Positions 21,043 through 31,491 of a stretch of 64,000 bases of DNA are shown here, piece by piece (the first letter of the stretch is position 1; each line of letters starts with the position of its first letter). Source of the DNA: a virus. The stretch covers positions 1 to 64,000 of IMG/VR virus record IMGVR_UViG_3300025131_011243. One strand, written 5' to 3'. The translations under genes were made by a program, and so were the position numbers. The notes beneath the pieces were generated by a model that had not been told where the DNA came from, did not search any database, and was given only the letters and a program-made list of their open reading frames with translations.

Positions 21043-22356
21043 TCACTCTACTGTTCTAAGGCTTAACCACTTAATGGTTTTTTCCAATTTATCTTCCAGG
21101 TAGCTGTCGGGACCTGCTTGCTCGATTATCTGTTGGTATTTTTCTGTGTTGGAATTGATAAGTGCCCTGACATCAAAATTCATTTTATTTAGACTTTCAA
21201 GGATAGAAACCAAAACTTCCGGATTGGTTTCCGCATCATGCATACGAAGCATGGATTCTGTATCTCCAAGACTCTTGTACCCTTGAACTACATATCGCCT
21301 ATTGGTTTTCTCTATGGCAGTTTCATAAGCCTGAAGAACGTCAGGCCACTTCTTTGCTGTCGCCAACTCAATAAATTGTTCCTTCGACAACCAATAGGGA
21401 TCAAGCCCAATTTTGTCCTGTTGGGGATGATAAATACTGGCAAACTGTTTCCCAACAGAACGTACCAAATCAGCAATCTCCGGATGACCGAACCCCCCTT
21501 CCTGATGCTTCCGTATTAGTTCATCTCGATTTTCGTTTGTTTCTTGGTCACGAGGATAAGATCCCTTAAAATATGACATAAGCATTTCAGTGTTACGAGC
21601 CTTAATTTCCGGCTGAGGATGAGACAGGATATGCATTGCCATTGTATCCGGATTCTGTAAATCCTCACTATAAATCTTTAAGTCTTCTTTATCATAAGAA
21701 CTGCCTGGGCTGGTGACGAACTCTCCCCACAGATATGGGTCCAACTCTCCACTCAATGCCTTCGGCGGGACATCAAATCCGAATTGTTCTTTCAAAGATT
21801 TTGAATCAGCCATCATAATTTGAACAGGACTCATACCCTCATTGCTTCCTCGATTACTTCGGTCAGCAGTTGAGTACCATCCTCCTTGAGCCCCGTTAGG
21901 TCCCATTTGCAAAGGCACTGTTCCCTTAAGTAGATAGACTACGTCACCGATAGAGACAGCAGTACCCTCTCGTATCTGATCTAGTATGTAATCAATTCTT
22001 TTCTTCTCATATTCGCCTGAATGAACATCCATATCCCATTCAGTAATGGGGTTTCCACCCGCTCCTACACCCGTAATAAACGGATTGGGTTCAATGGGAT
22101 TGAGATAAATACGACCTTGATCTGCATTGATAAATGATATCTCCCAATAGGGCGTCATATTGAGAGTTTGATCAGCGACCTTATCTCCTATCGATGCCGA
22201 GTTCATGTCATGAATACCACCCGGATCGTCAAACCAATCGATGTACCATCCTTCAGTAGTGTCTTTCTTAATCTTGGAGAATGGATACATCCAAACACCT
22301 TGGCTCTCAAATACCCTGTCACCCAATGGAGCATTAGCTTGTTTGAACCAGTTCAT
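21043..22356 (-). CDS. MNW-leader protein, unknown function
   Basis: Start reassigned to MNWFKQANA. Confidence 0.75.
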   Translation of the reverse strand: MNWFKQANAPLGDRVFESQGVWMYPFSKIKKDTTEGWYIDWFDDPGGIHDMNSASIGDKVADQTLNMTPYWEISFINADQGRIYLNPIEPNPFITGVGAGGNPITEWDMDVHSGEYEKKRIDYILDQIREGTAVSIGDVVYLLKGTVPLQMGPNGAQGGWYSTADRSNRGSNEGMSPVQIMMADSKSLKEQFGFDVPPKALSGELDPYLWGEFVTSPGSSYDKEDLKIYSEDLQNPDTMAMHILSHPQPEIKARNTEMLMSYFKGSYPRDQETNENRDELIRKHQEGGFGHPEIADLVRSVGKQFASIYHPQQDKIGLDPYWLSKEQFIELATAKKWPDVLQAYETAIEKTNRRYVVQGYKSLGDTESMLRMHDAETNPEVLVSILESLNKMNFDVRALINSNTEKYQQIIEQAGPDSYLEDKLEKTIKWLSLRTVE

Positions 22357-22436
22357 ATCAATACATACGACAAATACACGCTTCGGTCCTGCCAAAAGAC
22401 AAAGAGGGATTGTTCTACGTTGTGAGAAAGTGATAT

Positions 22437-23018
22437 ATGGATAAGACCCCATGTTGTTTTTATCAAATATTTGGGTCTAAAACGCCTGTTTCAACACAAA
22501 AAGAGGGGCATGGCGATTGTGGCTGTTGCGTGCCTAGCCCAGAGGATAATCCCAAATGTACCGGCTTTTATCCAGCCCCAAGAATACGTAAGTTTGAAGT
22601 GAAGAGCGACAGATTGCTTTATCTGTTATTGTTAGGCATCTCTTTGATGTCGTGTGCCGATTTATATGCAACCATATTTCATGCCATCAATTTCGGTCTT
22701 TTTGAACTTAATCCGATTGCTGCTTTTGTTCTAGCGGGTGGGGTTTTTAGCCTAGTTATGTTCAAGATGGGAGCTACTGGTATCACAGTAGGGTCTTTGC
22801 TTAAGGCCAATGAGATCTCTAAGAAAAGGTCCTATAAAAGCAGGATTACTATTTACTTGGGAACGTGGATCATGTTCTTAGTCATGTCTTGGTTGACCTA
22901 TTACTGGTATGTTTATACAGACTTTATCAATGAGAACGCACATCAAATTATGGAAATTCAGACTAGAAGCGATGCTCCCATTCATAAAAATGATGCCATT
23001 TTTTTGCCGCAAGAATAA
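22437..23018 (+). CDS. DUF5658-like membrane protein
   Basis: ADLYAT...FELNPIA...FKM, several TM segments. Confidence 0.6.
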   Translation: MDKTPCCFYQIFGSKTPVSTQKEGHGDCGCCVPSPEDNPKCTGFYPAPRIRKFEVKSDRLLYLLLLGISLMSCADLYATIFHAINFGLFELNPIAAFVLAGGVFSLVMFKMGATGITVGSLLKANEISKKRSYKSRITIYLGTWIMFLVMSWLTYYWYVYTDFINENAHQIMEIQTRSDAPIHKNDAIFLPQE

Positions 23019-26000
23019 GCTGCTGACTTAATGCACTTGAACCAATTCGTACCTGCGGTTGAATCTGCGTCCTGAGAATCCTGTGGTGCTTGAGGCATCT
23101 GTTGAGGAGCTTGCTGAGGTACTTGAGGAGTAGCAGCAACTGGCGGGATGATTCTTGCCCTCTTTAATCCTATCCCCCATTTGGGGTCTATCTGCACAAT
23201 GCCCCCGACCCTTATATCATCCCCTGCTGAGAAACTGTCGTCGTCCATGAAGGCAGTAACCTTGTTTCCTTGTATGTCTTCAAGAACATACCGTTGGTTG
23301 TATCTTGACGGAGTGCTAGATACAACTCTGAAGTCATTCTCAATCGTATCTCCGTCGTTGTACGCTACTGCCGCTGCTTGTGGAGCGGGTCTTAAGGTCG
23401 CAAAGAGTTGTCGAGGATCTTCAGAAGATACCGGTTTGCCTTTGTCATCTCTTACAGACTCTACCTGTTTGGCAACATCTTCGTTAGTATAGACTCCACC
23501 TTGACCTGATTCGTCTTGCCATTGCCAGTTGCCGTCATCGGTTCTCGTAAGAACGACGGGCAGTCCATTGGCATGTTGTTTGGCGAGATACCAAGTAAGA
23601 ACTGGAGGATTGATAAAGTCTTCCATCTGCTTGTCGGTCGCAGCAATCTGGTCTTGGTAGGTTTGGTCGTCAATAACAGAAACGTCGGTCAATACGGTTG
23701 CGAATTTTTGGCCAGTATAGAAAGATCCTGATACCGTACCTTGAATTGCAACATCTTGGCCCATATTGGCATCAAGTTCGTCTATCAGCCATGTAACGGT
23801 ATTTTGTCTCTGTCCATCTTCAGCTATGTTGTACATGCTGGCTTGAGGATGCTCTTTGGGATTGTCTTGCAATATCTTGACCAGTATGGGTTTCTTCTCA
23901 ACCAGTTTCCCTTTGAATACAACTTGAGAACCCTCAGGACCCACCAAGTCTTCGTTCTGGGTTTCAATACCCTTGGATTGTAACATCCTCTTGTATTTTT
24001 CAGGTAACCATGCTGCCGTACTATATGTTTTCTTCTTAACAACGCCTGTTTCTACGGCGTTGTGTATGTTCCAATTGAATTCTGCATTTGATCTTTCTCT
24101 AGAATTCATTTGAGCATTGTTGGGGTCATCTGGATCGAATGGGGGTACGGTACTTATCCATTCCAACGCTTGATTAACAGTCGCTAAGTCTCCAGCGGAT
24201 ATGGGGGCGTCTTCGCTGTACTTTTCGTCGGAATCTCTGCTAACGCACATGTTGTAAGCTATCTCTGGAGTAGACGCATCCCCAGTCCGCTTGGAATCTG
24301 TTTTGCTCACAAATCCATGGGCGTTCTCAAGGGCCATTACTTTGCTTAGAAACAGGGCTACAGGTATGCCTTTCTTTTCATAGTATTTCCTCAATTGCAT
24401 CTCATCCATATCGCCGCCTAGTCCTGCTCTTATCTCTTTGAGAAGTTCGTTAAGCTTGGAGGCGTAATTGGCTATGGAATTGGGGCTGTTGTCTTTGGAT
24501 TTAACAAAGTCGCTTAGACAAGAGCTACCTACGCATTTAAGTTCTCCGCTTTCGGTATTACTAAGCATGTACAGAAGGACTCTCTTCCTTTTTTCCCTAC
24601 AGTCTTCGCATATGGCCCTGATGTTTTGGGAATCGTATTCTGTAACCACTTTTGATTCTACTGCCTGCTGTTCTTTTTCGTCATTCGTAAAGTGCTCTAC
24701 GTTGTTGGTTATCTTGCCAGTTTCCATGTCTTCTGTGGGCATGACTTTGGACAACAGTTGCCATCCTTTGATGATTGGTATGTTGCCTATGATTCTTACT
24801 TTTTGAGACCGGCTTAGTCTATCAGCATCCAAAACTTCTACATGAAGAGGGGGCAATCCCAGCTTGTCTGCCCTGGCATTGAGTTTTTTGATCTTGCCTT
24901 CCAGCCATTTCATAGACTGTTCGGGGACATCGAATTCATGAGTTTGCCCCAAGTCTTCAGTGTGCGTTTGTTCTATGGTGGCGGGGATATCTTGAGGTCT
25001 GATTTGTTGGATATACGCCATGATATCTTTGGGGACGTATTGCCAGTTTTCTTCATTCTTTCTTGTAGCCTTTAGCCAATATTTGACTTCATGATCTTTG
25101 GGAACGATGTCTTTCATTTCTGTGGGGATGTCTTCCCATCGGCCTGGATTACCTTGTAGATATCTGTCCCAAATATTGATGAGAATCTCTTCGGGGATTT
25201 GTTTCTTGACATCATCTCCGACTTCTCTCCATTGTTCCCAATAATGAGTTGGGGCAGACTTGAGTTTTCGGATAAGGAAATCAACCTTGATAATTTCTTT
25301 GTACTTCTCTTGAGATTCTGGGGAAAGTCTCTGGATTCTACTTTCGTCCTCATATAGGAAGTTGATCATCGCATTATCAAATATGTCTTCAGGTATGTGG
25401 GGGAAATCTTCTGATTTTAGCGTGATGGGGTCGTCGTTCAGCCTAAGGGCTGCAATGCTTCCAACAAGTTGTCTTCGTTCTGAATGGAGAATCTGTTCGT
25501 CCTGTACAGCACCTTGCATCTTTTGTATAGCTTCTTTTGTAGAATCTCCGCATGACTCCCAGTTGGGATTCTTGTATGTTGTTCCATCTATGAAGGCAAA
25601 TTCGATTGGAATAACATGAAGATCTCTATAGGTAAGGACGCATTTACCATCGTTCTCACCGGTATAAACGATGCCTTTGACTCCGGTTTTGTCCAAGTTG
25701 TATCTTGAAGTGAACGGCTGAGCGATATGAGAAGAATAGTATTCTTTTTCTAGATCTTCGCTCCATCCTTCTATCTGTTGCCAGTGATTCTGCTTGGTTT
25801 CGTCATCGGTAGACGGGTCGATAATAGCATCGATACCAATGATACTTTTGATCTGATCCGCTAAGCTGTAATTGCTTCCATACACTTCTTTTGCAACGGG
25901 ATAGTCGAAGATGACGAATCCGTTTAGATCGACTTGACCTTTGATTACGTAGCCACCATAAGCCCTCATATTGCCAGATTGATATGAAGATCGAAGGTCG

Positions 26001-26152
26001 TAAGTTGAGTAGATGCCAGATCCATATAGTCCGTGTGGTCCAGCTAAGAATCCTACACTACAAACGGCTTCTGGGGTAGAGACGTCTCTGGTTCGGTGGT
26101 ATACTGTGACCGTAGAGCCATTTAGGTCTATTTTGCCTATATTGTCAGCCAT
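22982..26152 (-). CDS. large multidomain protein: ART-like N-terminus, Zn-finger domain, OB-folds
   Basis: VYHRT/GLYGSGIYST; CEDC...VGSSCL; C-terminal beta domains; TNWFK near the C-terminus. Confidence 0.75.
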   Translation of the reverse strand: MADNIGKIDLNGSTVTVYHRTRDVSTPEAVCSVGFLAGPHGLYGSGIYSTYDLRSSYQSGNMRAYGGYVIKGQVDLNGFVIFDYPVAKEVYGSNYSLADQIKSIIGIDAIIDPSTDDETKQNHWQQIEGWSEDLEKEYYSSHIAQPFTSRYNLDKTGVKGIVYTGENDGKCVLTYRDLHVIPIEFAFIDGTTYKNPNWESCGDSTKEAIQKMQGAVQDEQILHSERRQLVGSIAALRLNDDPITLKSEDFPHIPEDIFDNAMINFLYEDESRIQRLSPESQEKYKEIIKVDFLIRKLKSAPTHYWEQWREVGDDVKKQIPEEILINIWDRYLQGNPGRWEDIPTEMKDIVPKDHEVKYWLKATRKNEENWQYVPKDIMAYIQQIRPQDIPATIEQTHTEDLGQTHEFDVPEQSMKWLEGKIKKLNARADKLGLPPLHVEVLDADRLSRSQKVRIIGNIPIIKGWQLLSKVMPTEDMETGKITNNVEHFTNDEKEQQAVESKVVTEYDSQNIRAICEDCREKRKRVLLYMLSNTESGELKCVGSSCLSDFVKSKDNSPNSIANYASKLNELLKEIRAGLGGDMDEMQLRKYYEKKGIPVALFLSKVMALENAHGFVSKTDSKRTGDASTPEIAYNMCVSRDSDEKYSEDAPISAGDLATVNQALEWISTVPPFDPDDPNNAQMNSRERSNAEFNWNIHNAVETGVVKKKTYSTAAWLPEKYKRMLQSKGIETQNEDLVGPEGSQVVFKGKLVEKKPILVKILQDNPKEHPQASMYNIAEDGQRQNTVTWLIDELDANMGQDVAIQGTVSGSFYTGQKFATVLTDVSVIDDQTYQDQIAATDKQMEDFINPPVLTWYLAKQHANGLPVVLTRTDDGNWQWQDESGQGGVYTNEDVAKQVESVRDDKGKPVSSEDPRQLFATLRPAPQAAAVAYNDGDTIENDFRVVSSTPSRYNQRYVLEDIQGNKVTAFMDDDSFSAGDDIRVGGIVQIDPKWGIGLKRARIIPPVAATPQVPQQAPQQMPQAPQDSQDADSTAGTNWFKCIKSAAYSCGKKMASFL

Positions 26153-26260
26153 CGTTTTCCCCTAAATCTAGAACCATCTTCTATTACTGTAGATCGGCAA
26201 AAATTCCTTACTTTACAAAACAGGTAAAATCCTGTATCTGGACGAATTATACCTATAGTC

Positions 26261-26884
26261 ATGAACTGGTACAAACGTTTATTCGTATTCGCCGACGAAG
26301 ACGCTGATCTATCCCCGGATCACGGTCAATCCCCATCCTATATGTCTTTAGATCAAATTGGCGAAGACAATGCTTTCAATGTCTTCCAGAAGAGTTACGA
26401 AGACGCAACTGGACAAAGCTGGGACAAAGATAAGTTCAGGTCCAGAGCCGGTGATTGGCGATTTTACGGCGATGAGAATGGATATGTGGCTGCAAGAGAA
26501 CAAAGATCAGGCATGCTGAAGCTTGTGGGGATGGCTGGTAATCCAAGATCTATCTTGAGAGGATTGCAAGATCTATTGGCTGAAGGCAAACCTACTTGGG
26601 GAATGGTGAGTAAGGATATTGCCGATATGGCAAAGAGGTTGGGGTTTAAATCTCCACCTGGCATATTAGCGAAGATGATGATTGGTAAGATACCGTCCTA
26701 TGTATTCGGAAATGCCGAAATCAAGAATGTTGGAATGGACGGGGGAGTTACGTTTGATTACCCAGATATTGGAGAAGCAACGAAATACTATGTCGCTAAC
26801 GACGCTTACTATCAAATACTTTTAAGTGATGACAGGGTTCCCGGTTGGGGCCGTCCTATACTAAGAAAGATACTTGGACAATGA
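26261..26884 (+). CDS. MNW-leader protein, possibly GNAT-like
   Basis: MNWYKRLFVFAD. Confidence 0.7.
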   Translation: MNWYKRLFVFADEDADLSPDHGQSPSYMSLDQIGEDNAFNVFQKSYEDATGQSWDKDKFRSRAGDWRFYGDENGYVAAREQRSGMLKLVGMAGNPRSILRGLQDLLAEGKPTWGMVSKDIADMAKRLGFKSPPGILAKMMIGKIPSYVFGNAEIKNVGMDGGVTFDYPDIGEATKYYVANDAYYQILLSDDRVPGWGRPILRKILGQ

Positions 26885-27462
26885 ACTGGTTCAAAGAACA
26901 TGTTAATGAAGCACCATTAGTCAAAACGGCTGAAAGCGAAAAGGCTTTCTTTGCCGATGAATCTGATGATGCTATCGCTGCGAATCAGGTTGGAAAATAT
27001 ATCACCCTGTTCAATGCTCAGCGATATGTTATGGATAGTTATACAACGAAAGTAGCTTTGTCGAAAACTAAAACCAAGTATGCAGTATCCCTAATGACTA
27101 ATCACAACTTTCTTGGGGGTAAAGCGGGCGAGGAGTGCTGGACGTATGGACTTGATGAGTTTGATAAAGCAAGAGATACATATGAAAGGCTTAACATAAT
27201 TACGGGAGAAGTTTCTACTGAGTTTATTGAGAAGGAAATGCCTACTTCAATATACTGGCCCGTTCTTAGAGCTAGAATAGAAGGAGAAATTGACGACGGG
27301 TCAAGGAACCGCACCAATATTCCTTCTGTTAATTATTCTAGGAAAGTCGTTTCGATGTCTCCGGATTGGCGAGAAAACATATACGGGCCACGATACCCTC
27401 AATATTCAGAGGGGAGCGAAAAGGACTATATAAAGTTCTGGGCTACTCAAACTGGGAGATAA
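26881..27462 (+). CDS. MNW-leader protein, unknown function
   Basis: MNWFKE...VKTAES, ATGA-coupled. Confidence 0.75.
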   Translation: MNWFKEHVNEAPLVKTAESEKAFFADESDDAIAANQVGKYITLFNAQRYVMDSYTTKVALSKTKTKYAVSLMTNHNFLGGKAGEECWTYGLDEFDKARDTYERLNIITGEVSTEFIEKEMPTSIYWPVLRARIEGEIDDGSRNRTNIPSVNYSRKVVSMSPDWRENIYGPRYPQYSEGSEKDYIKFWATQTGR

Positions 27463-27465
27463 GTA

Positions 27466-30300
27466 ATGGCAAGAGGTTCTTATGTAGTTAGCAACGTTTC
27501 GGAAAGGATCATATCTATAGGTGACTTGAGAAAAGCCCCCACTATAGAACCTGGGGGATCTTGCAACCTTACAAACTATTACACTATCCAAGAAATTGGT
27601 CAATCCATAGACTTGGCATCCATGATTTCTCACGGATGGTTAAGGGAAAAAGTATACGATCCTGATGAAAAGACCGTCACAGAAACCGAGACAGAATACA
27701 CAACCTTTTCCGACCAATCAGTAGCGTTGCCTAATGTCGCTGTTACGGAGACATTGGATGCGCAGGGGTTTGGGGCTATGTCTCAAAGATTCGGTTATCA
27801 GGTTTCTATGTATGGCATACCTGAGGTCTGGAAAGATACTCAAGGAGAGGGAGTTGTTATAGGAATACTTGACACCGGAGCCCAGACTAATCATGAAGAC
27901 TTGTCTGGACAATTCGCATCATCGCAACCGAATGTATCTGACGGGCATGGTCATGGTAGCCATGTTGCCGGAATAATATCAGCGACTAACAACAGTCTTG
28001 GTATCGTGGGAATAGCTCCTAAGGCCAAGCTTATTGCCATTCCGGTTCTGGATCACAGGGGGCGAGGATCAGAACAAAGTATTGTTGCTGGTATCAGGAA
28101 AGCTATAGATCTTGGATGCGATATTATCAACATGTCTCTAGGAGCGTCGGTAGATTTGCCGGAAATTCATAGGTTCCTATTTGAGGCTTATGAGAAAAAT
28201 ATCGTGGTAGTTTGTGCGTCTGGTAATTCGGGAGATGTAGGGAAAACGCTGTACCCCGGAAGGTATCCTGAAACTATTTCCGTTGGAGCTTTGGATAAAA
28301 ACAATATCAGGGCATGGTTTAGTCAGACAGGTCCACGACTTGATTTTATGGCTCCTGGCGTGTCTGTTCTTTCTACTTATCCTGGAAATCGTTACGCCTA
28401 CATGTCAGGCACTTGTTTGCCAAAAGAAGTAAGTGTATATACTAATACTGGTCCCATTAGTATAGGAGAAATAAAATCAGGAGATATAGTTTATTCACAC
28501 ACCGACAGTGGAGTTGTTGAATCTAAAGTTAAGAAGCAGTGGAGTAATGGATTCAAAGAATTGAGGAAAATTAAAACGACTAGAACTTCCTTGCGATGCA
28601 CTGATAATCATCCCATTTTAACTATCAACAGAAATGGTAGAGGAAAAAGTCAAGACTTAGAATGGCGACGTGCAGATCAAATCTTCAAGGGGGACTTTAT
28701 AGTATCTGCTGATGGAATTCCTTGTCCTGTCCGGTTAAAGGAAATCAGTATAAAAGATCATTGGTCCGTTTCGTTACGAAAATCTATCAATGTTTCCAGA
28801 TCGGACGTTAGGGAAAAAAACATTGATTTGTCTGTGAATCTAGATACAGCAGTAGCATTTTTGAATGCTAAACATGGCATGAGATATGATAAAGCAAAAA
28901 TATTGTTAGAATCATTTGACATTAATAGAAGTAATTTGTTATTTGGGACATGCAGTAGTTCAAAGATACCATTGTCCTTGAATATTGACGAGTCTATCGC
29001 TTATCTTGTTGGGTTTTATTTGGGAGATGGATGGATATGTCAAGACAATAGGAACAAGAAAGGGATATCTGGATCGTATAAATCTCTTTATTTTGCAAAG
29101 TGCAATATAGAAAAAATTAATAGTCATTTGCGGCATGTTTTTGCATCCACATTTTTACATGAATTGATAGAATTGGATAATAGCCAGTTTATATGCCGCA
29201 ATTCTATGATTGCAGATATATTTTTTGATCTCTGTAATGGGTCGCACAGGGCTAGAGACAAGTTTATTCCTTCGTGGGTATTTTATCAAGACAGAAGCGT
29301 TGTAGATGCGTTCATATCGGGTATCGTAGATTCGGATGGTTGTGTTAAGAGAAAAGGCTACGGAGTGTCTTCGTGCAGCAAGAAGTTGATCGAGGGATTG
29401 TGTGCTTTATGCGACTATGTAGGGATACGCAGAAATAACATGGGATACAGAAGAAGAAAAGTTCAGCCACCTAATTCGAAGAAACCTATATTTACTGAAG
29501 AATACAGTCTAACTATGTCAATCGACCCAAGTCGTGTTATGGGGGTTAAATGTGCATCGAAATTCATTGAACAGGAAACGTATCCGACTTTGGGTGGTGG
29601 GGTGGCCACTGTAGTTGGAACTGGAGTAAGAGTAGAGAGAGTGGTAGAGGTTGTAGAAAAGGATGGAACAGAAGAGGTGTTTGATATAGAGGTGGAAGGA
29701 AATCATAATTTTGTGGCTAATAATATGGTGGTTCATAACAGTATGGCCTGTCCATGGGTTTCCGGCGTTGTTGCATTGATCATTTCTAAGCATCGAAAAC
29801 TGGGCGGCAGAACGCCAGTTAATTCTGTCGAAGATGTTAGGGAACATTTGAGAAAGACAGCGATTGATCTTGATAACATTGGTCATGACGATAGGACTGG
29901 GTATGGATTGATAGATGTCAGTAAAGCTATCTCTGAACTTGATAAGTTGAAGGGGCCTGACCTGATCGTGTCGGCTATCAGAGGAGATGCTCCAGGTCAT
30001 GACGCTAAGAATCTTCTTGAAGAATGGATAGAATTTACCAATATCAGTGGTTTGGATGTCGATCTAAGTGGATGGGCTATGGACGATCTCGCTGGATGGC
30101 ATTACGATTTCGCAGAAGGGTTTGTTGTCAAGTCTGGATGTTCATTCAAGATCCGTACAGGTATCGGAGAGGATAGCGATACTGATCTATACTTTAACTA
30201 CCGTCGTCCTATTTGGAACAACCCAGGCGATACCGTTAAACTTCATGACAAAAACGGCAAAGAACAATTGAACTACAGCTACGGCGACAAGGTTAGTTGA
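27466..30300 (+). CDS. S8 subtilisin with intein and C-terminal lamin-tail domain
   Basis: ILDTG, HGSHVAG, MSGT|SMACPWVSG; EWIEFTN..VDLSGW..IWNNPGD. Confidence 0.92.
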   Translation: MARGSYVVSNVSERIISIGDLRKAPTIEPGGSCNLTNYYTIQEIGQSIDLASMISHGWLREKVYDPDEKTVTETETEYTTFSDQSVALPNVAVTETLDAQGFGAMSQRFGYQVSMYGIPEVWKDTQGEGVVIGILDTGAQTNHEDLSGQFASSQPNVSDGHGHGSHVAGIISATNNSLGIVGIAPKAKLIAIPVLDHRGRGSEQSIVAGIRKAIDLGCDIINMSLGASVDLPEIHRFLFEAYEKNIVVVCASGNSGDVGKTLYPGRYPETISVGALDKNNIRAWFSQTGPRLDFMAPGVSVLSTYPGNRYAYMSGTCLPKEVSVYTNTGPISIGEIKSGDIVYSHTDSGVVESKVKKQWSNGFKELRKIKTTRTSLRCTDNHPILTINRNGRGKSQDLEWRRADQIFKGDFIVSADGIPCPVRLKEISIKDHWSVSLRKSINVSRSDVREKNIDLSVNLDTAVAFLNAKHGMRYDKAKILLESFDINRSNLLFGTCSSSKIPLSLNIDESIAYLVGFYLGDGWICQDNRNKKGISGSYKSLYFAKCNIEKINSHLRHVFASTFLHELIELDNSQFICRNSMIADIFFDLCNGSHRARDKFIPSWVFYQDRSVVDAFISGIVDSDGCVKRKGYGVSSCSKKLIEGLCALCDYVGIRRNNMGYRRRKVQPPNSKKPIFTEEYSLTMSIDPSRVMGVKCASKFIEQETYPTLGGGVATVVGTGVRVERVVEVVEKDGTEEVFDIEVEGNHNFVANNMVVHNSMACPWVSGVVALIISKHRKLGGRTPVNSVEDVREHLRKTAIDLDNIGHDDRTGYGLIDVSKAISELDKLKGPDLIVSAIRGDAPGHDAKNLLEEWIEFTNISGLDVDLSGWAMDDLAGWHYDFAEGFVVKSGCSFKIRTGIGEDSDTDLYFNYRRPIWNNPGDTVKLHDKNGKEQLNYSYGDKVS
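28414..29739 (+). mobile_element. intein with LAGLIDADG homing endonuclease (442 aa)
   Basis: CLPKE start, TDNHP block B, LVGFYLGDG and ISGIVDSDG, VFDIEV..HNF..VVHN|S end. Confidence 0.95.
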
Positions 30301-31018
30301 TAAGGTCGAATCAACCTTTCATGACAGCCGCTATATTCTTGGTCTTCTTGCCTGTCCTGTGATCTACAACTCTTGATTTCATAAAGTTGTATGTCCTTAT
30401 CTTCCCAGACCGACTTCCCCCTTGGATTTGGCCCTTCCTATTTTGAGCGTAGTTTCTACGCCTCTCATTGGCCTTGTGGTCATTAACCTTGGCAGTCAGA
30501 ACCTTCAGGGCTTCTTTCTTGTTTTGGCCCTGTTTCCGGCCATTGATGAATACTGATATTCCTGTAGGAACATGTTTCATCCTGACGGCTGAATCTCTAG
30601 CGTTCTGGTGCTGTCCTCCTTTGCCGTGTCCTCCTTGAGTTTTGGTCTCTATCTCAGATTTCGGTAAGGGAGAATAGCTTTCGTCGAGCAGAGGTAAGAC
30701 GGCGACAGATACGACGGAGGTTTGTGCTCTTCCTCGTTTCTCTGTTGGGGGAATTCGTTGTACGGTGTGCTTTCCGGATTCATGCTGAAAAGCTTTCCAA
30801 GCATCTTTCCCTGAGAACTTGATAACGCTATTTCCGGCTGAAACATGCAGCTTGGTATGGGATAGACCGATACTGGCCGCATATCTCAAATAAGCGTCTG
30901 TCAGTTGAGCAGTAAAGATTTTGGAGTCTTGTCCGCCTGTGCCGAAAAGCACCTCTACAACAACCTCTTCGCTACCGTCTCTTCAACTGGTACGATCCTT
31001 GAAATGTTGGTTGTTCAT
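30293..31018 (-). CDS. class I peptide chain release factor-like (RF1-type PxT, GGQ), short form, two in-frame TGA
   Basis: ESGKHTVQRIPPTE, GKGGQHQN, IRTYNF; ATG at 31018 with AAGGA; TGA at 30985-30983 and 30313-30311. Confidence 0.85.
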
Positions 31019-31039
31019 GGCTTTGTCCTTTTGTTAACT

Positions 31040-31067
31040 ACTATATCATCGGACTAATTTATGTCAA
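31040..31067 (-). promoter_or_regulatory. sigma70-type promoter of the release-factor gene
   Basis: TTGACA-N16-TATAGT. Confidence 0.65.
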
Positions 31068-31101
31068 GTATTTATATTCTAGCTGTCTTGCCCTTTTCCC
31101 T

Positions 31102-31491
31102 TTATTCTTCTTGACAAACTAGTTCGTACCATTTGTCAAATATCTTGTCACCGATAATCAACTTAAGCGAACTCTTGAAAAGCGAATGTGCTTCATCATA
31201 AGTATCTTGAAGCGCCTCTTCATTATCTAGAGTGCTGAAGTTTTCACATATCCTTATGATCAGACAATAGAATAAAATGATCTCATCATTGGTCAAACAT
31301 ATTCTTCTTCCGGACTCATGGAACAATCTTAAGTGGAGACTAGTATCTTCTTCACCTTCTGTTTCCATATCCTGAACCCATGCTCCGCCATTCGCAAAGA
31401 CGCATACAGCATGATCGTAAACCCGGCAAAAAGCTTTGGGTCCGTATTGATCGTGAAACAGGCTCTCGATTAATGGAATGTGGCTAGACAT
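31102..31491 (-). CDS. hypothetical protein
   Basis: 129 aa ORF. Confidence 0.55.
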   Translation of the reverse strand: MSSHIPLIESLFHDQYGPKAFCRVYDHAVCVFANGGAWVQDMETEGEEDTSLHLRLFHESGRRICLTNDEIILFYCLIIRICENFSTLDNEEALQDTYDEAHSLFKSSLKLIIGDKIFDKWYELVCQEE

